Origin: Cyanophora paradoxa CCMP329
Taxonomy: Eukaryota > Plantae > Glaucophyta
Reading direction: 5' to 3'
Assembly (NCBI GenBank): GCA_004431415.1
Contig: QPMI01000615.1
Location: forward strand, 161,542 to 225,541
DNA length: 64,000 bases
In this document: positions 26,400 through 38,329 of the stretch, piece by piece
Layout: each line of letters begins with the position of its first letter
Numbering within the stretch: the first letter of the stretch is position 1
The notes under the pieces: generated by a model
Seen by the model: the letters and a program-made list of their open reading frames with translations, nothing else
Told to the model about the DNA's origin: nothing
Databases searched by the model: none
Made by a program: the position numbers and the translations under genes

Positions 26400-29300
26400 G
26401 CAAGTCCGGTCGCGGATCCGGAGGCCCAGGGCGGTCCGGATCCGGAGCGCCTTCGGGACATCGATCCGCGGCCGGCAGCGCAAACTCTGGACCCGGATCC
26501 GCGCAATCACAAGGCGCCGAAAGCGCGTGCCAGGTTCGTAGGAGCTCGCGATCGGGGCCCCGAATCCGGATCGCCCTAAGCGTGCAATGCAGAATCGCGC
26601 TTCAGGCTCGCCCATGCCCGAGTGCTTGTGCAGCACATGCTACTCCGAGCAGCTCCGGCAACAGGTGCCTAATTCTGGCCAGCTGCAGCTTCCGTTCAAG
26701 TCGCATGTGAAGCCCACAATCGCGCTTCAATTAATGCTGTATGCATTCGAAAGGTGCTCGAAAAGCAGGAAGCCAACCCCAACGCGAAACCTCCATGTCA
26801 GTGCATCGAATGCAACCGGTCTGCTAAATTTAAACATAGTTCATTACGCATGTAACTCATTCATTTTGACCTTGTCTCTAATCTATCGCCCCTATACGTA
26901 GGCCCGATCCTCACCCCTGGGCGTGCAAATATCGGTGTGGATGTCGGCAGTGCGAGGAAGCTCGCTCGCCCACCGCTGGCGCAACGGCCCGGTTCTGCGA
27001 CAGCTTCATTGCTCACCTTGAAGATATACCTATTCCTGGAAGAGGCACCCTGAGCTCTTCCCGTGCCCACTGGGAGGTACGCGCTTCGCATCAAATTCGC
27101 GGGTATACGTAATTTTAATTTCAGGCCCTGAGCGGGGACGGCCGCGGGGTTGCATTTAATTGCGAAACTCGCTTTTTAATCGATATCGCAAAAGACTGTA
27201 TCTGATTGTATCTCCGCAGGGCGAGCTTCGGAAGTGCATTGCTGCTCGGGGGGAGCAGAGCCTCGCGTCGGTCGCGTACGCTCTGCGACTGGCCCAACTT
27301 CTCGCCGTTTTCGACCGCCCCGAGGAATCCTGCGACGTCTACCGGGTGCTCGAACTCCACATTTAAACACAGATAAAAACCCGATTTCAAACAGTGGCTG
27401 ATTGACGTGCGTAGCGCTTTTTGGCACCTCGGCTTCTCGACGAGAGGCGGCGGGATGAACTTCTGGGCGCCGCCTCTCTGAAGATGCTCTCGACGCACGC
27501 GTCCGCCTTCGGCATCGCCGTCGGCATCGGAGGCGACTACGCCTTGTCCAGGACGGCTCTTGTGGTGAGCTTGAGCGCTTGATCGAGAAACTAAACTTCC
27601 CGGGTGTCTATAAGATCGGATCCATGAAATCGATATCCTGAGCTCCGTTAACGTTATAATTACCGACACTGCCCCTGCAGGCTGCTCTTGGCTTCTGGAA
27701 GCGGATCGAGGGGGCCAGCGAGAACAGCCTGCATGTCGCGGACTTGTACTGGATGCTCGCGAAGAGCTGCGTCAAGATCCGCGAGAAAGAAGACGCGCTC
27801 AACTACTTTCTGGTGCGCGTTCCCTTGCCCTGTACATGTGCATCGACCGATATCGGTGGTACCCGTGTGGATGGATGAGGCCCGTGCCGGGCGCAGATGG
27901 CGGCGAAGACGGACCGGGACTCGGGGGACGCGCAGCGGCTGGGGTCCCGCTGCTGCATCCCGAACTCCATCGACCACGTCGTCGAGCTCGTCGAGCTCTA
28001 CATCGCCGCCGGCGGGATCCAGTCTGTGCCCCAGTCTATTCTCCAGGTCCGAGCATTCCTCTAGATTAACATGTACTATTATAAAGTACTAGTCCACATG
28101 AGCGAAAGAACTAAATTTTTTAAAAGCGCTACAAAACTGCATACGTGAATTACGGATCCGGATTATGAATTGCGTATACAGGGCTAGCTGCTTCGAAAAA
28201 TTAAAGAGATGGCGAGAATACGTACGTCGCCTCGCCCGGTTGATATATAACACCGAGCGCCTGCAGCTGAATCTGGAGATGTCGTCGCAAGCCTGTATCA
28301 ACTGCAGGCGCGACCGCGGCGTCCTCGTCGACGCGATGGAGTACCTGGCCCGCAAACGGAGGAGCGCCCAGAGCTCGAAGAAGCAGCGCCGTCGAGGTTC
28401 TTCGGCAGCAGCTAGCGCTGCAGCGGCTGGGCAGGAGCAGCAGCCGGCGCCGCGGCAGCAAGCGGAGCAAACCTCGAATTCAGCGGCGGCGCGCAACAGC
28501 ACTCGCGATCAGCCCTGCCGCTTCTTCGCCCAGGGCAGCTGCCGCGACGGCGACCAGTGCCGGTGCGCCGCCTAACGTCCGTTTAGTTTCGACGTATTTT
28601 TATTCGCATTGTTAACAATGAATGCATGCGCATCCAAACTCAGGTTCAAGCACGAAATCGAACGCGAATTCGAAGAAGTGGATCTCGACGATGTTCGCCA
28701 GGTCCGTATTCCGAAGTTCAAAAAATAATTCAAACGAATATATTGTCAGCCTGGCAGCGCTAGCGTGGCAAGGGCTGGGCCAAGGAAGGTTCATAAAGCT
28801 AAGATTTTCAATAAACATGAAGCCCCCTGGGGGCTTTCCCAAAAACTATACAATGAATTTCAGTTTTATAATTCAAGCTTTGAATTCGTGCCTTTTAATC
28901 ATAAATTAGCTGGATTCCGGATGTACATGTCCCGCATTAATATTGGCTCGCCGTCATGATCATATGCACGCAATGCGCAGGATCCGGACTTGCATGAGAT
29001 ACACTACACGATGCCCACGGGAGAGGTCCTCGTCTTTTGGGGGCGGCCCCGCGGCCTCGGGAACTCGCAGCAGCGTGCGCAGCAGCAGCAGCAGCAGCAG
29101 CAGCGCCGTCCTCCGGAAGCAGATGCAAGGCAAGAGCGGGATCTGCAGCAGGCAGGGCGAGCCCCGACGATGGCGCGCAACAGCACTCGCGATCAGCCCT
29201 GCCGCTTCTTCGCCCAGGGGAGCTGCTTCGCCGGCGACCAGTGCCGGTGCGCCGCCTCCGCTTCCGCTTCGTTTCTCGTTTTGTCGTTATATATATATAT

Positions 29301-29848
29301 CATTGCAGAGTCGTTTGATAATAATATTTAATGAATTGTTTCAGGTTCAAGCACGAATTCGAACGCGATGAGGCGCAGGTGGATTCCGCCGTCGAGGTGC
29401 GTATCCGAGCCGAAACAGATCCAGCTGCAGAGTTTTCCGCAACCTATGCGCGGTTTGCAAGCGCTCAGGCCTAGGCCTGATCATACGTACACGCCCGCAG
29501 GGTCTGGCCGATATGCATTTCGAGACGCAGGTGCCGCTGTGCAAGTTCTTCGCGGCAGGCTTCTGCAAGTGGGGGGGCAACTGCTGGTGCGCATGTCGAC
29601 GTCATCGGAATTTCACATCTAATTTCTTCTCGACGTCCGCCCGCGACGCGCCTAGGCCTGATCATCCGTGCGCGCGCAGGTTCCGCCACGAGGAGCAGGG
29701 CGCCGCCTCGAGCTCAGCGGAGCCGCCTGCGCCCGCCGCCGCCGCCGGCCCGAGCTCGAGCTCTCCCCCGGCCGCCTCGAGCTCGAGCTCGGCCGCCGGC
29801 TCCGGCCGCCCCGCGCCGCAGTCGAGCCGCCGCGCGCCCAAGGCGTGA
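26400..29848 (+). CDS. Multi-exon protein with three CCCH (C-x7-C-x5-C-x3-H) zinc fingers and a helical N-terminal region
   Basis: PCRFFAQGSCRDGDQCR|FKH (28513-28650), PCRFFAQGSCFAGDQCR|FKH (29197-29353), LCKFFAAGFCKWGGNCW|FRH (29536-29689). Stop TGA at 29846-29848. Apparent upstream stops fall inside GT..AG introns. Start uncertain. Confidence 0.75.
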
Positions 29849-31291
29849 GGGGCCTCGAGCCGATCGCCCTCAGGGCCTGCCAGGCTGGCAAAGCTAGCGC
29901 TCTGGGGCCGGCCGGGGGGGCCCATTGCCAGCCGGCCTCGTTCAACGGTTCAAATTCTTATCTCTTCATAGTTGGCAGTTCGTTGTTGAACGCTGTAGGT
30001 CATTTTAGGATTCCCATGGCTTGTTGGCCCTGCGCATGCGCATACGAATGTCAGCGTACGCAAACTACAAATTACTTCTGGAATTCGAATTCTTCGTTGA
30101 ATATTCAATGCTGTAGGTCGATAGCTAAAAATAGCTACTAGGCTAGCCGCTGAGCTGCAGGAGCAATAGGAAAGTTCTCATATGCACCATGATCATTTAA
30201 TTTCGAATCTCTTCGTAAATTCACAGCGCGCGTGTCCTTACCCTGAAGCTTTAATTTTTTGGGGAAGGACCCCCTTCCCCTTCCCCCACTTGGGGGTGTT
30301 CGGGTGCCCACCCTAGGCCAAAATGAAATGTCCCGACCTCCCAAAACCCGGGTTTTCTCGCCGGATCCTAGCAAGGCATGTCCCTAGGAGTCCAAAAACG
30401 TGTACTGGGAGATCCGGGTCCCGTCGGGTCAACCTGGAATGGGCAATAACACATTTTCGGAAAATGCAATCTAGCGCCTCACCAAGTGGCGGTATATCTG
30501 CCGGACCGAGTGCGCCTGAATGCGCCTGATACGCCCAACGATTCATGTCATACATGCCGAGACCGGAGGGGCACAGGGTGGTCCGCTAGGCCGCCTCAAG
30601 TACCTGTTGTACCGGACGCTGAAAAAAAATCGCTCCTGAGAGTTGGAGGCGATATCGTGTTGCAGTACCCGTGCTTTAAGCCGGCAAGCTAGCCGACAGG
30701 CTCGCTAGCTGGCCAACTAGCTGAGCACCGGCTATCGGCTTGTTGGACTTCCGCGCGCGCGTGGCGTCCGTCGACATCGTACCGACCACGGCGAGTGAGC
30801 GCCGAGGTTCTGCTCTGCTGCATCGATCGGATCGCTCGCCCGGGCCGGGCCGCTCGAGCCTCACTCGTGCGCTCGCTCGTGCGCTCGCCGTCGGCGCTTC
30901 CACGCTCCACGCTCCACCGATTCCGGCCGCACCAGGTACGAACTCGTCCACCTCCGGCTGCGCATGCCCGCCGCGCGCGCCGTCCTAGGCCTAGGCCTGA
31001 GCGCCCTCTCACTTCCCGCGAGACACAGCAGCGAGCGTCGCAGCTGGCCATGGGCATCAACATCGCATCTGTTCCATCGGTGCGCATGCTGCACGGCTGT
31101 GCTCGTCGCTTCCTCTGCCGCGGGGGAAGGGTCCGGTTGCAATTGCTCGACTCATGCTTGCCACCCTCAGTCTTGCACCCGCATGCAATCGACCGGGTCG
31201 AACCACAAGCAAGCATCACATCACCTCCAAGACCTCGGCCTCCGCCGCGTACGCGCTAAGCGCCTGCCGCTAGCGCTGCGCCTATAGCTAG

Positions 31292-31470
31292 CCTCCGCCC
31301 GCGCCCGGCCAACGCCGGCGCGGCGGCGCGGCCGCCGGGCTCCTCCCGCTCCTCGGGGGCGGAGGCGCAGCGGGCGGCGGCGCGGCTCGCCGCTCGAGGC
31401 GGAGGCGCGGCGGGCGCGGCGCCGGCGCGGCTCGCCGGGCGGGGCGGAGGCGCGGCGGGCGGCGGCGCAG
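31292..31470. repeat. GC-rich minisatellite, left part of the LTR element's target
   Basis: GGCGGAGGCGCGGCGGGCGGCGGCGCGGCTCG units; the array resumes at 63841. Confidence 0.8.
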
Positions 31471-31768
31471 TGTTGCCGATAGGGTTTCCTAGCCGTTAGT
31501 GCTTTGTTTGCACTTCGTTCGCAGTAGTACCGTGACTTGACCCGCGGCTTCTCGCGATTTCCTGAGTCACTGTACCCCTGTACGAAGATGCGACCCTAGC
31601 TACTTTTTCTGACTCTAGCTTGATACTTTCCGGTAGCCGTGTCCTAGGGTACACAGTAGTCTGTGATTAGCAGCTTTCTCTTGCAACGTGACAGCCTGCT
31701 CGCCTGCTGCTGGTACGCTACGGGAAGGTTGCTAAGGTCTACTGGGACGTATAAAACCTCCTAAAACA
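31471..31768 (+). repeat. 5' LTR (298 bp)
   Basis: TGTTGCCGATAGGG..CCTAAAACA; matches 63550-63840. Confidence 0.95.
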
Positions 31769-32029
31769 TCCTCGCCGGGACCAGCGCACGCCAGCTGACG
31801 GACTTGCTGCGCACGTCCGTTGGCCGCGAGCGTGAACCCGCTGGACTACGAGGAGGCGAACGCTTGACGCTTTCGGAGAGCACCGCTACTGGCGGACGCA
31901 CTCCGCTGACCCGCCTCGCCGCCGACGCTTCCCTTCTCGAAGCTTCGGACGCGCCTCCGCCGCTCACTCGCGCAGTTGGGGAGCAGCCCGCCGTACCGCG
32001 GCATCGGCTAGCTCCCTGGCTCATCGTTC

Positions 32030-34745
32030 GTGCCGCGCGCGCATCGGGGATCGGTTGCGGCGGTCCGACTCGAACGACGGTCACGGGCCAGCTCGCGTAC
32101 CGTACTGCGGTCGCGGCCCGACGGCAACGTCTACGTCGAACGACCGCGTGATGGAGCGCGAAGGCATGACTTCCGGCGAGATGGCCCGACCTTCCCCGGC
32201 CAACTGACAATGCTCAACCGCACGGCCCGAGTCGCAGCGGCGCACGCCGAGGAGATCGCGCGCCGGCGGGTCATGGGCGCGGAGCCGCCGCAGGCGATCA
32301 AGATGGAGGACGGCAAGATGGGCCACACCACCGGGATTCCCGTCTCGCCCAACGGCGTCTTCCAACATCACAACGCCATCCGTTCGGCTACTCGCGGAGA
32401 CAAGAAGTACTCCCTGCTGGACGACGGTTCGCAGGCGGCGTACCACGCCGTCGATTTCGGTGTCCGTTCGCTGCCGGCGGGACTAACGGAAGTCTACCGT
32501 TCGACGGTCGAGTTGCACCGGTCTCTCGTCGAAAACCTCGTCGACGCAGAGAGCGAGCTCACGAAGGCGAAGGCGACACTCGCGACGGCTACGGAGGAGG
32601 CGGCCAAGGAGGCGGCGCAGAAGGCCGTCCAGACGCGACAGGCCGTCGTCGACAAACTCCGGGCTGAGATGCCCTCGGACATTATTCGCGGCGTCCCCTC
32701 GTACATTAAGAGCCTCGTTCGCATGATTGACCCCGCTGAGCGCAAGCGTCTCAAGGAGGAGCTCATCGCGGCGTACGATGGCACTCAACTGGACCGTATT
32801 TTCGCCAACATCTGTGACCTCATCGCGTTCACTGACCTGCCGCGTGACAAGACGGGCCACACTGTGCAGGCGCTGGACGTCTATGACACGCTCGAGCAGC
32901 AGATCACGGAGCGCAAGACGCTACACCACGGCCTGTACTCCGGCCTCCCGTACGAGCAGCAGCGCAAGGCCAATTACGACCTGGCGCTGAATCTACTGCC
33001 GAAGCTGAAGACGATGGCGCAGGACCTGTCGCCGACCGATGGGATGACTCCCAAGGACAAGGAGACCTGGTTTAACCTCTTCTGCACTCGTGCGCAGTCG
33101 CTCATTCGGGAGGCGGGCTTTCTGATTGTGACGACGACTGCTGGGGAGCCCTCGATTCCTACTGGGAATTCGAAGAAGGGCGCCAGCATCAACGCGGCGA
33201 ACGTCGACGGGTACGATTACGACAACGATGGCGACGACGGGTACACGGCGCCGTACAGCGGCACTCCGTACACCCCACCGCCTTCGTCGTCCCCTGCGCC
33301 CTCGGCCCCGCACTCGCAGTTACTCGGCTCTTCGGTCAATCTCGTCCACACGACGCCGTCGACCCCGCCGACAACCAATCCGATCTACCAATCCGCCCTC
33401 CCCGCGCCCAGCAGCCGGCGCCGGGCCACAAGCCCGTCCCCGGCTGCTGCGACTGGCACGCACCGGTGCCCGGGAAGGACTACGGCAATCGCCCGCCCAT
33501 CGGCCGCCCCTACGATTACGCCCGTACGCAGACGGTCACGGCGATCCGTACGAGCCAGGGCTACCCGCGCGACGCGCGCCCGAGGGTGAGGCCCGGCACC
33601 AACGATCACATTTGCACACGTTGTCGGTCGTTGGGAGCCGCGGACATCCATCACTACTCTGACGACTACCACGAGTGTTGCTCTCACCCGTACCGTCGGG
33701 AACTACTCAAATTCGTCAACCAAGGCTGCCAAGACCCCGAGGTCCTGGCTGCGGCCCGCCTCTGCGGCCTCATCCCTGGCGGCCCGCAGGCACCGTCCTA
33801 CAACGCGGTCCCCCCGCCGTCGAACTCTGTACCCGTCGCTCCGGCGCAGCTACAAACCGCCCCTTGCAGGAACTGCGGCGAGCACGGCCACCACGCGTCG
33901 GCGTGCACGAAGCCGGTGCGCTGCTACAACTGCGGAGGGAGGGTCACACGCAGAACCGCTGCCCCAGTGGCAAGCGCCAGCACGACGGCGGTCCCCCACA
34001 CGGTCCGTCCCCGAAGCGTGGCCCCGATGGTGGTGCTGGCGGCGCAGGAGGCGGCGGGCACCGTGGTGGCCATCGCGGCGGTGGCAGGGGCGGCTACCAG
34101 AGCGGCGGTGGAGGCGGCGGCCAAGGCGGGACGGGATCTAACGCCACCCTCCTCGGCAATCCCGCCCCGATGCAGCGCCCGACTGGCCCCGTTGTTGACG
34201 CGCCGTCTTCGCGCCCGACTGGCCCCGTTGTTGACGCGCCGTCTTCGCGCCCGGCTGGCCCCGTCACTGACGCGCTGCCTTCGCGCCCGACTGGCTCCGT
34301 TGCTGACGCGCCGTCTCCGCGCCCGACCGGCCCCATCGCTAACGCGCCGCCCCCGAACCCTCGCCCGACTGACCACGGAGACGCCGTGCAGTCCGGTGGT
34401 CCTGACTCGGGCCGGGAGACTGAGGCTACGACGGACAGCCTGGCCATGGTACCGATCGCTCCGGTGCAAACTGTCCCGATCACGCCGACGCAGCCCTCGG
34501 CATCGGACATCGCGCACTTCGTTCGGGACGTCAACGCCACGACGGCGACGCAGCCGGTAACGTCGGCGGCGGAGAGGACGGCCCCCGTCCCCGTCGCCAT
34601 CCCCGTCGCTGAACCCGCGTCGCCGTCCCCCTCGTCGACTCACGCGACCGGCCCGTCGTCGCCGGCCCCGTCTGACTTGTCGACAGAGATGGAAACGGGA
34701 AGCCGTACTGCGGCCGAGTCCCGTGTTCCAATTCGGTGTGCGCAG
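32030..34745 (+). CDS. gag: Gag-like protein with zinc knuckles (frameshifted in this assembly; cut by the nested element)
   Basis: ORFs 32030-33589, 33466-34560 and 33675-34832 join by single-base shifts. CRNCGEHGHHASAC and CYNCG(G)EGHTQNRC at ~33865-33962, followed by an RGG/Gly-rich tract. Start codon uncertain (ATG at 32210 possible). Confidence 0.8.
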
Positions 34746-34752
34746 CCCCGGC
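34033..34752 (+). repeat. ~720-bp direct duplication, copy 1 (copy 2 at 46633-47347)
   Basis: By eye identical except five single-base deletions in C/G runs in copy 2. Confidence 0.95.
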
Positions 34753-35329
34753 ACTTTTGGCTCACCCACGCATTGCGTCGAAATTTGAGTCATTTTTCGA
34801 CGCAGTGCTCCGAAATTTCACGCAATGCTTGAAAATGCGTCGGGGTTTCAAGCAGCGCTTGAAACCCCACGCAGTGCGACGCAGCTGCCCGAAACTTCGA
34901 AGCACCGCGACTGCGCCAAATTCCCACTGCGTCTGGCTGCGTCGAGCGATGCAGCCTGGCAGCGCTAGCAGGCGTATCCTATAGCTAGTACTAGTAGCTC
35001 GTAACCCATGCGGATTGCGGATTCAATGATTGCAGCGCGCGCGCTCGGGATCCACTGGGGCAGATCCGAGTGCGCGGGCGGATTGCAGCGCGCGCGCGGC
35101 TGTACCAGTACCGCAGTACTAGTATATACGTATACGTACGTGCATGCTTAGTTTGCTCGCGCTTCTGGGCCGCTGGGCCGCGGCCGGGCCACAGCGGCGA
35201 CAGGCCCGTGGCCAGCTATTGTGAATCCGTGGCATGCGCTGTTCATAAAAAGATGATGAACTGGAAGTATACAGGCTGTCCGGGATCCGAAATCTATCCC
35301 ACGCACCAGCCCCTGAAGCCCGAATCCGA

Positions 35330-38300
35330 GCGCTAGCTAGTTGCCGAGAAAACGAAAACTAACTGCAATCAGCTGCCGAACAGCGGGTAGTGCTGCTGTC
35401 CTGCCTGCAGCATCGTCCGCCGGCGGCACAGGCAGAATGCGCCCTCGCCGCACTCGCTGCGGCAAGTCACCGCGCTCGCTGCGCTCAGAATAAGCGGACT
35501 CCTAGCTTAAAGAGAGAAGTGGGAAGCAAGGGGACGTCTGCGCACCGAGGAGAGGGTAGCAGTCCCGCTTCCTCCGCATCCAGCATCCCTTGCCCGTGCC
35601 CGACGTCGAAGGCAGAGCGCTCGCTGCGCACGGAGAGGAATGTCAATCTAATGAAAAGAGAATGCGCGCCGATTAACAGACCGCACCTGCGGCCGAGCGC
35701 CCACACCATGGACTGGAAGAGCGCCTCCTCTGGCCAAAAGGGCGGAGGCGTTGATGGCGCTCGCCGCGCTGCGGCATCACGGTCAGCGCGCGGATCGAAC
35801 GAAGATAAGCGAGTGGTGACCGGCAAACGGACCGCTGTGCACCACAGCAGGGTGAGTGAGCAGCAGGCCGGCTCGCGCCGCGTCCGGGCCGGTCCGGCAT
35901 CCCTCGACCGCGATGCCGAAGCTGCGTTCGGAGCGTCAACCGAAAGAAGAGAAGAATGCGCGCCGGCAAACGACCGCACCTGCCGCACCTGCGCCCCAGC
36001 GGCCGCAAGCACAAGAACTCCGAGGCCGCGGCCGTCCAGAAGCCACGCGTCCGAGAACGGCACCCGCTCCGCTGCGCACGCGGCCGGCGTCACAAAAACA
36101 TCAACGCGAGAGTAGCGGAAACAAGAGCGAGCACCTGGCCTGCGGGAGAAGACGCTAGGCGAACTGGATGGTGGTGCTCTGCTCGCGCGGGCCAGTCACC
36201 CCGTTCCCTGGACCGCCAGCGGAATGAGGGATTGGGGCAAAGGAGATGAAACGAAAAAGCACCTTGCTTCGCATCGGCAGCCGCCTTCTCCTTTTTGCGC
36301 GAGCCGACCAAAAGAAGGAACACTTGGCGGCGGCGGCCGGGCTAAGAATGCAGATCAAGGGCGCTTGAAGAGGCAAGAACGACGCGTACACGAGCGCTCT
36401 TCGCCACGAGCGGGCGCCCGCCGCCCTGGGGCAGCGCTCTGCTTTTGAAATCAGGCCGGCGACAGGCGGGGGACGCGAGAGGATGCAAGTAGGCACCTTC
36501 GAACGTCGTTCGCGCTCGAGGCTCGTCAAGTTCGCGGCAGCTGTGCGGACTCCGTTTGACCTGTTTGAAATTGTGGAGTAAGGGAGACCAGGATGCGCTG
36601 CGGTGGAGAGCCCAGCGCCGACGCACCGAGATTGCATTGCGTCCCGTGCTGGAGGCCGCAGCCAGTTCTTGCCCTGCGTGCTCTTCAAAGTGCAAGGCCG
36701 GAATTCGGGGTACACAGCTGTTGGGCGAAAGCGGCAGCGACACCAACAGCGATATCGATCGAGGATGCTTGAGGACGCCCTTCGGCTCAGCTTTCCGAGG
36801 AAGCCTGAGCGGTCCCATGCTCCTTCGCAGCTCGCTCGGCCGCGGTGCCGAGCACGTTGGCGGAAGCTCGCAGATGCGGCGCGCGGCCCTTTCGTTAGCT
36901 ATAGCTAGGCGCATGTGGCCCGTGTTCTCGCAGCTGCATGTCTATGCCTGGCGTGGCCGTGTTTCCGTGCGGCGCCGCGTTCACGGCCTGCCTTCCTCCC
37001 ACAAACCGACGACGTGCGTCTATGCCGTGCCCTCCGCGTTCCACGCGTGACGTACAGCTCACTCGATTTCGCAGGGATCGCCGGCGGTGAGCCCCGTCGG
37101 CCCAGTTGGTTGGCCCTGCGCCCAAGCCGAGCCAAGGTGCGGCTACCGCCTGGACGGGGTGCGGGATCAGACGGGCTGCATCCCGTTTCTCGCTGTTGAT
37201 CTCTCCTTCGTAGCGGGCGATGGCGTGCCGGCAAGCTGCTGGGCGGCGATCGCGCCCTGCCGAGCGCGTCGCCATCGCCGGGGTGGGCCACCGGACCATA
37301 GCTTTGCGTCAGCGGCGCGCGAACGCATGTCTCACGATTCTTGCTTGCGTTCCAGGCGCTGGATCGCGCGCGCCGTCTCCAGGCTCCGAATTCTGGACCC
37401 CTCTTCCACAGCTTGGTGAGGCTCAGGCCTAGACGAGGTGAGTTGAGCGGTCTGTGTGCGTACGCGTCGCTGACAAGGCGCTCCTGTCGCGCAGGATGAT
37501 CGAGTCCCGGGGCGATGGTCGGAGGGAGCGGAGGGCGGCAGCATGGATTGCACGGCGGGGCGTAGGATCGGCGGGCGGCGGCCCGGGGCGCACGCCTCGC
37601 GCGCCGCCGGCTGCCCGCCCGCCCCGGCCCGCCCCGGCGCCGTCGCTTCGCCCGCCCCGGCGCCTTCGCCCCGCTCCGCCCCGTCGCTTTCGCCCCGCCC
37701 CGCAGAGTCGGTGCGCCGTGCTGAGCGCCCTGCCCGGCACAGCCCGGCCTGCCTGCTGCTGACGCCCTCGCAGCTCTCGAGGATTTTGAATTTTCGGGGC
37801 GTCCCGCTGCCGCGGGAGAGGATCTTCGAGCGCCCCGCCGCCCCCGCCGTCCTCAGGGGACAGCGCCGGGGGTCGCGGAAGCTCAGCAGGCGGCGGCGCG
37901 GCTCACCTGGCGGGGCGGAGGCGCGGCGGGCGGCGGCACGGCTCGCCGGGAGGGCGGCGGCGCGGCGGGCGGCGCGCAGCTCGCCGGGCGGGGCGAGGGT
38001 GCGGCGGGCGGCGGCGAAGCTCGGCGGGCGGGGCGCGGGAGCGGCGGGCGGCGGCGCGGCTCGCCAGGCGGGGCGGAGGCGCGGCGGGCGGCGCCGCGGC
38101 TCGCGGGGCGGGGCGGAGGCGCAGCGTGCTGCGGCCCGGCTCGCCGCACGGGGTGGAGGCGCGGCTGGCGGCGGCGCGGCTCGCCAGGGGGGGCGGAGGC
38201 GCAGCAGGCGGACAGGACGGCAGGCGCGGCGGGCGGCGGCGTGGCTCGCGGGGCGCCGCGGTGGCGCGACGCGGCTTCGATTCGTGATCACTGATCATGA
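35330..38300. repeat. Left arm of a long internal inverted repeat, including a G-rich minisatellite at 37870-38275
   Basis: Reverse complement of ~42715-46030. Shared ORFs lie on opposite strands, e.g. 36090..36323(-) vs 45154..45387(+) and 36342..36914(-) vs 44562..45122(+). Confidence 0.95.
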
Positions 38301-38329
38301 GCGTGATGATCTCTTGTCATTCAATTTAA

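Noticed and set aside
27360-27415. In-frame stops suggesting the CCCH gene is a pseudogene
   Set aside because: They lie within a GT..CTGAT..TAG intron; splicing restores DVYR|RFLAP.
30140-30760. Possible MITE or transposon end (also 9835-10330)
   Set aside because: No TIR pair or TSD could be identified within the window.
31750-31756. TATAAAA in the LTR as the promoter TATA box
   Set aside because: It is only ~12 bp from the LTR 3' end, leaving no room for R/U5, so function cannot be supported.
35390-37420. Transposase or other gene in the inverted arms
   Set aside because: The ORFs are short, differ by frameshifts between the arms, and show no DDE or other recognisable motif.
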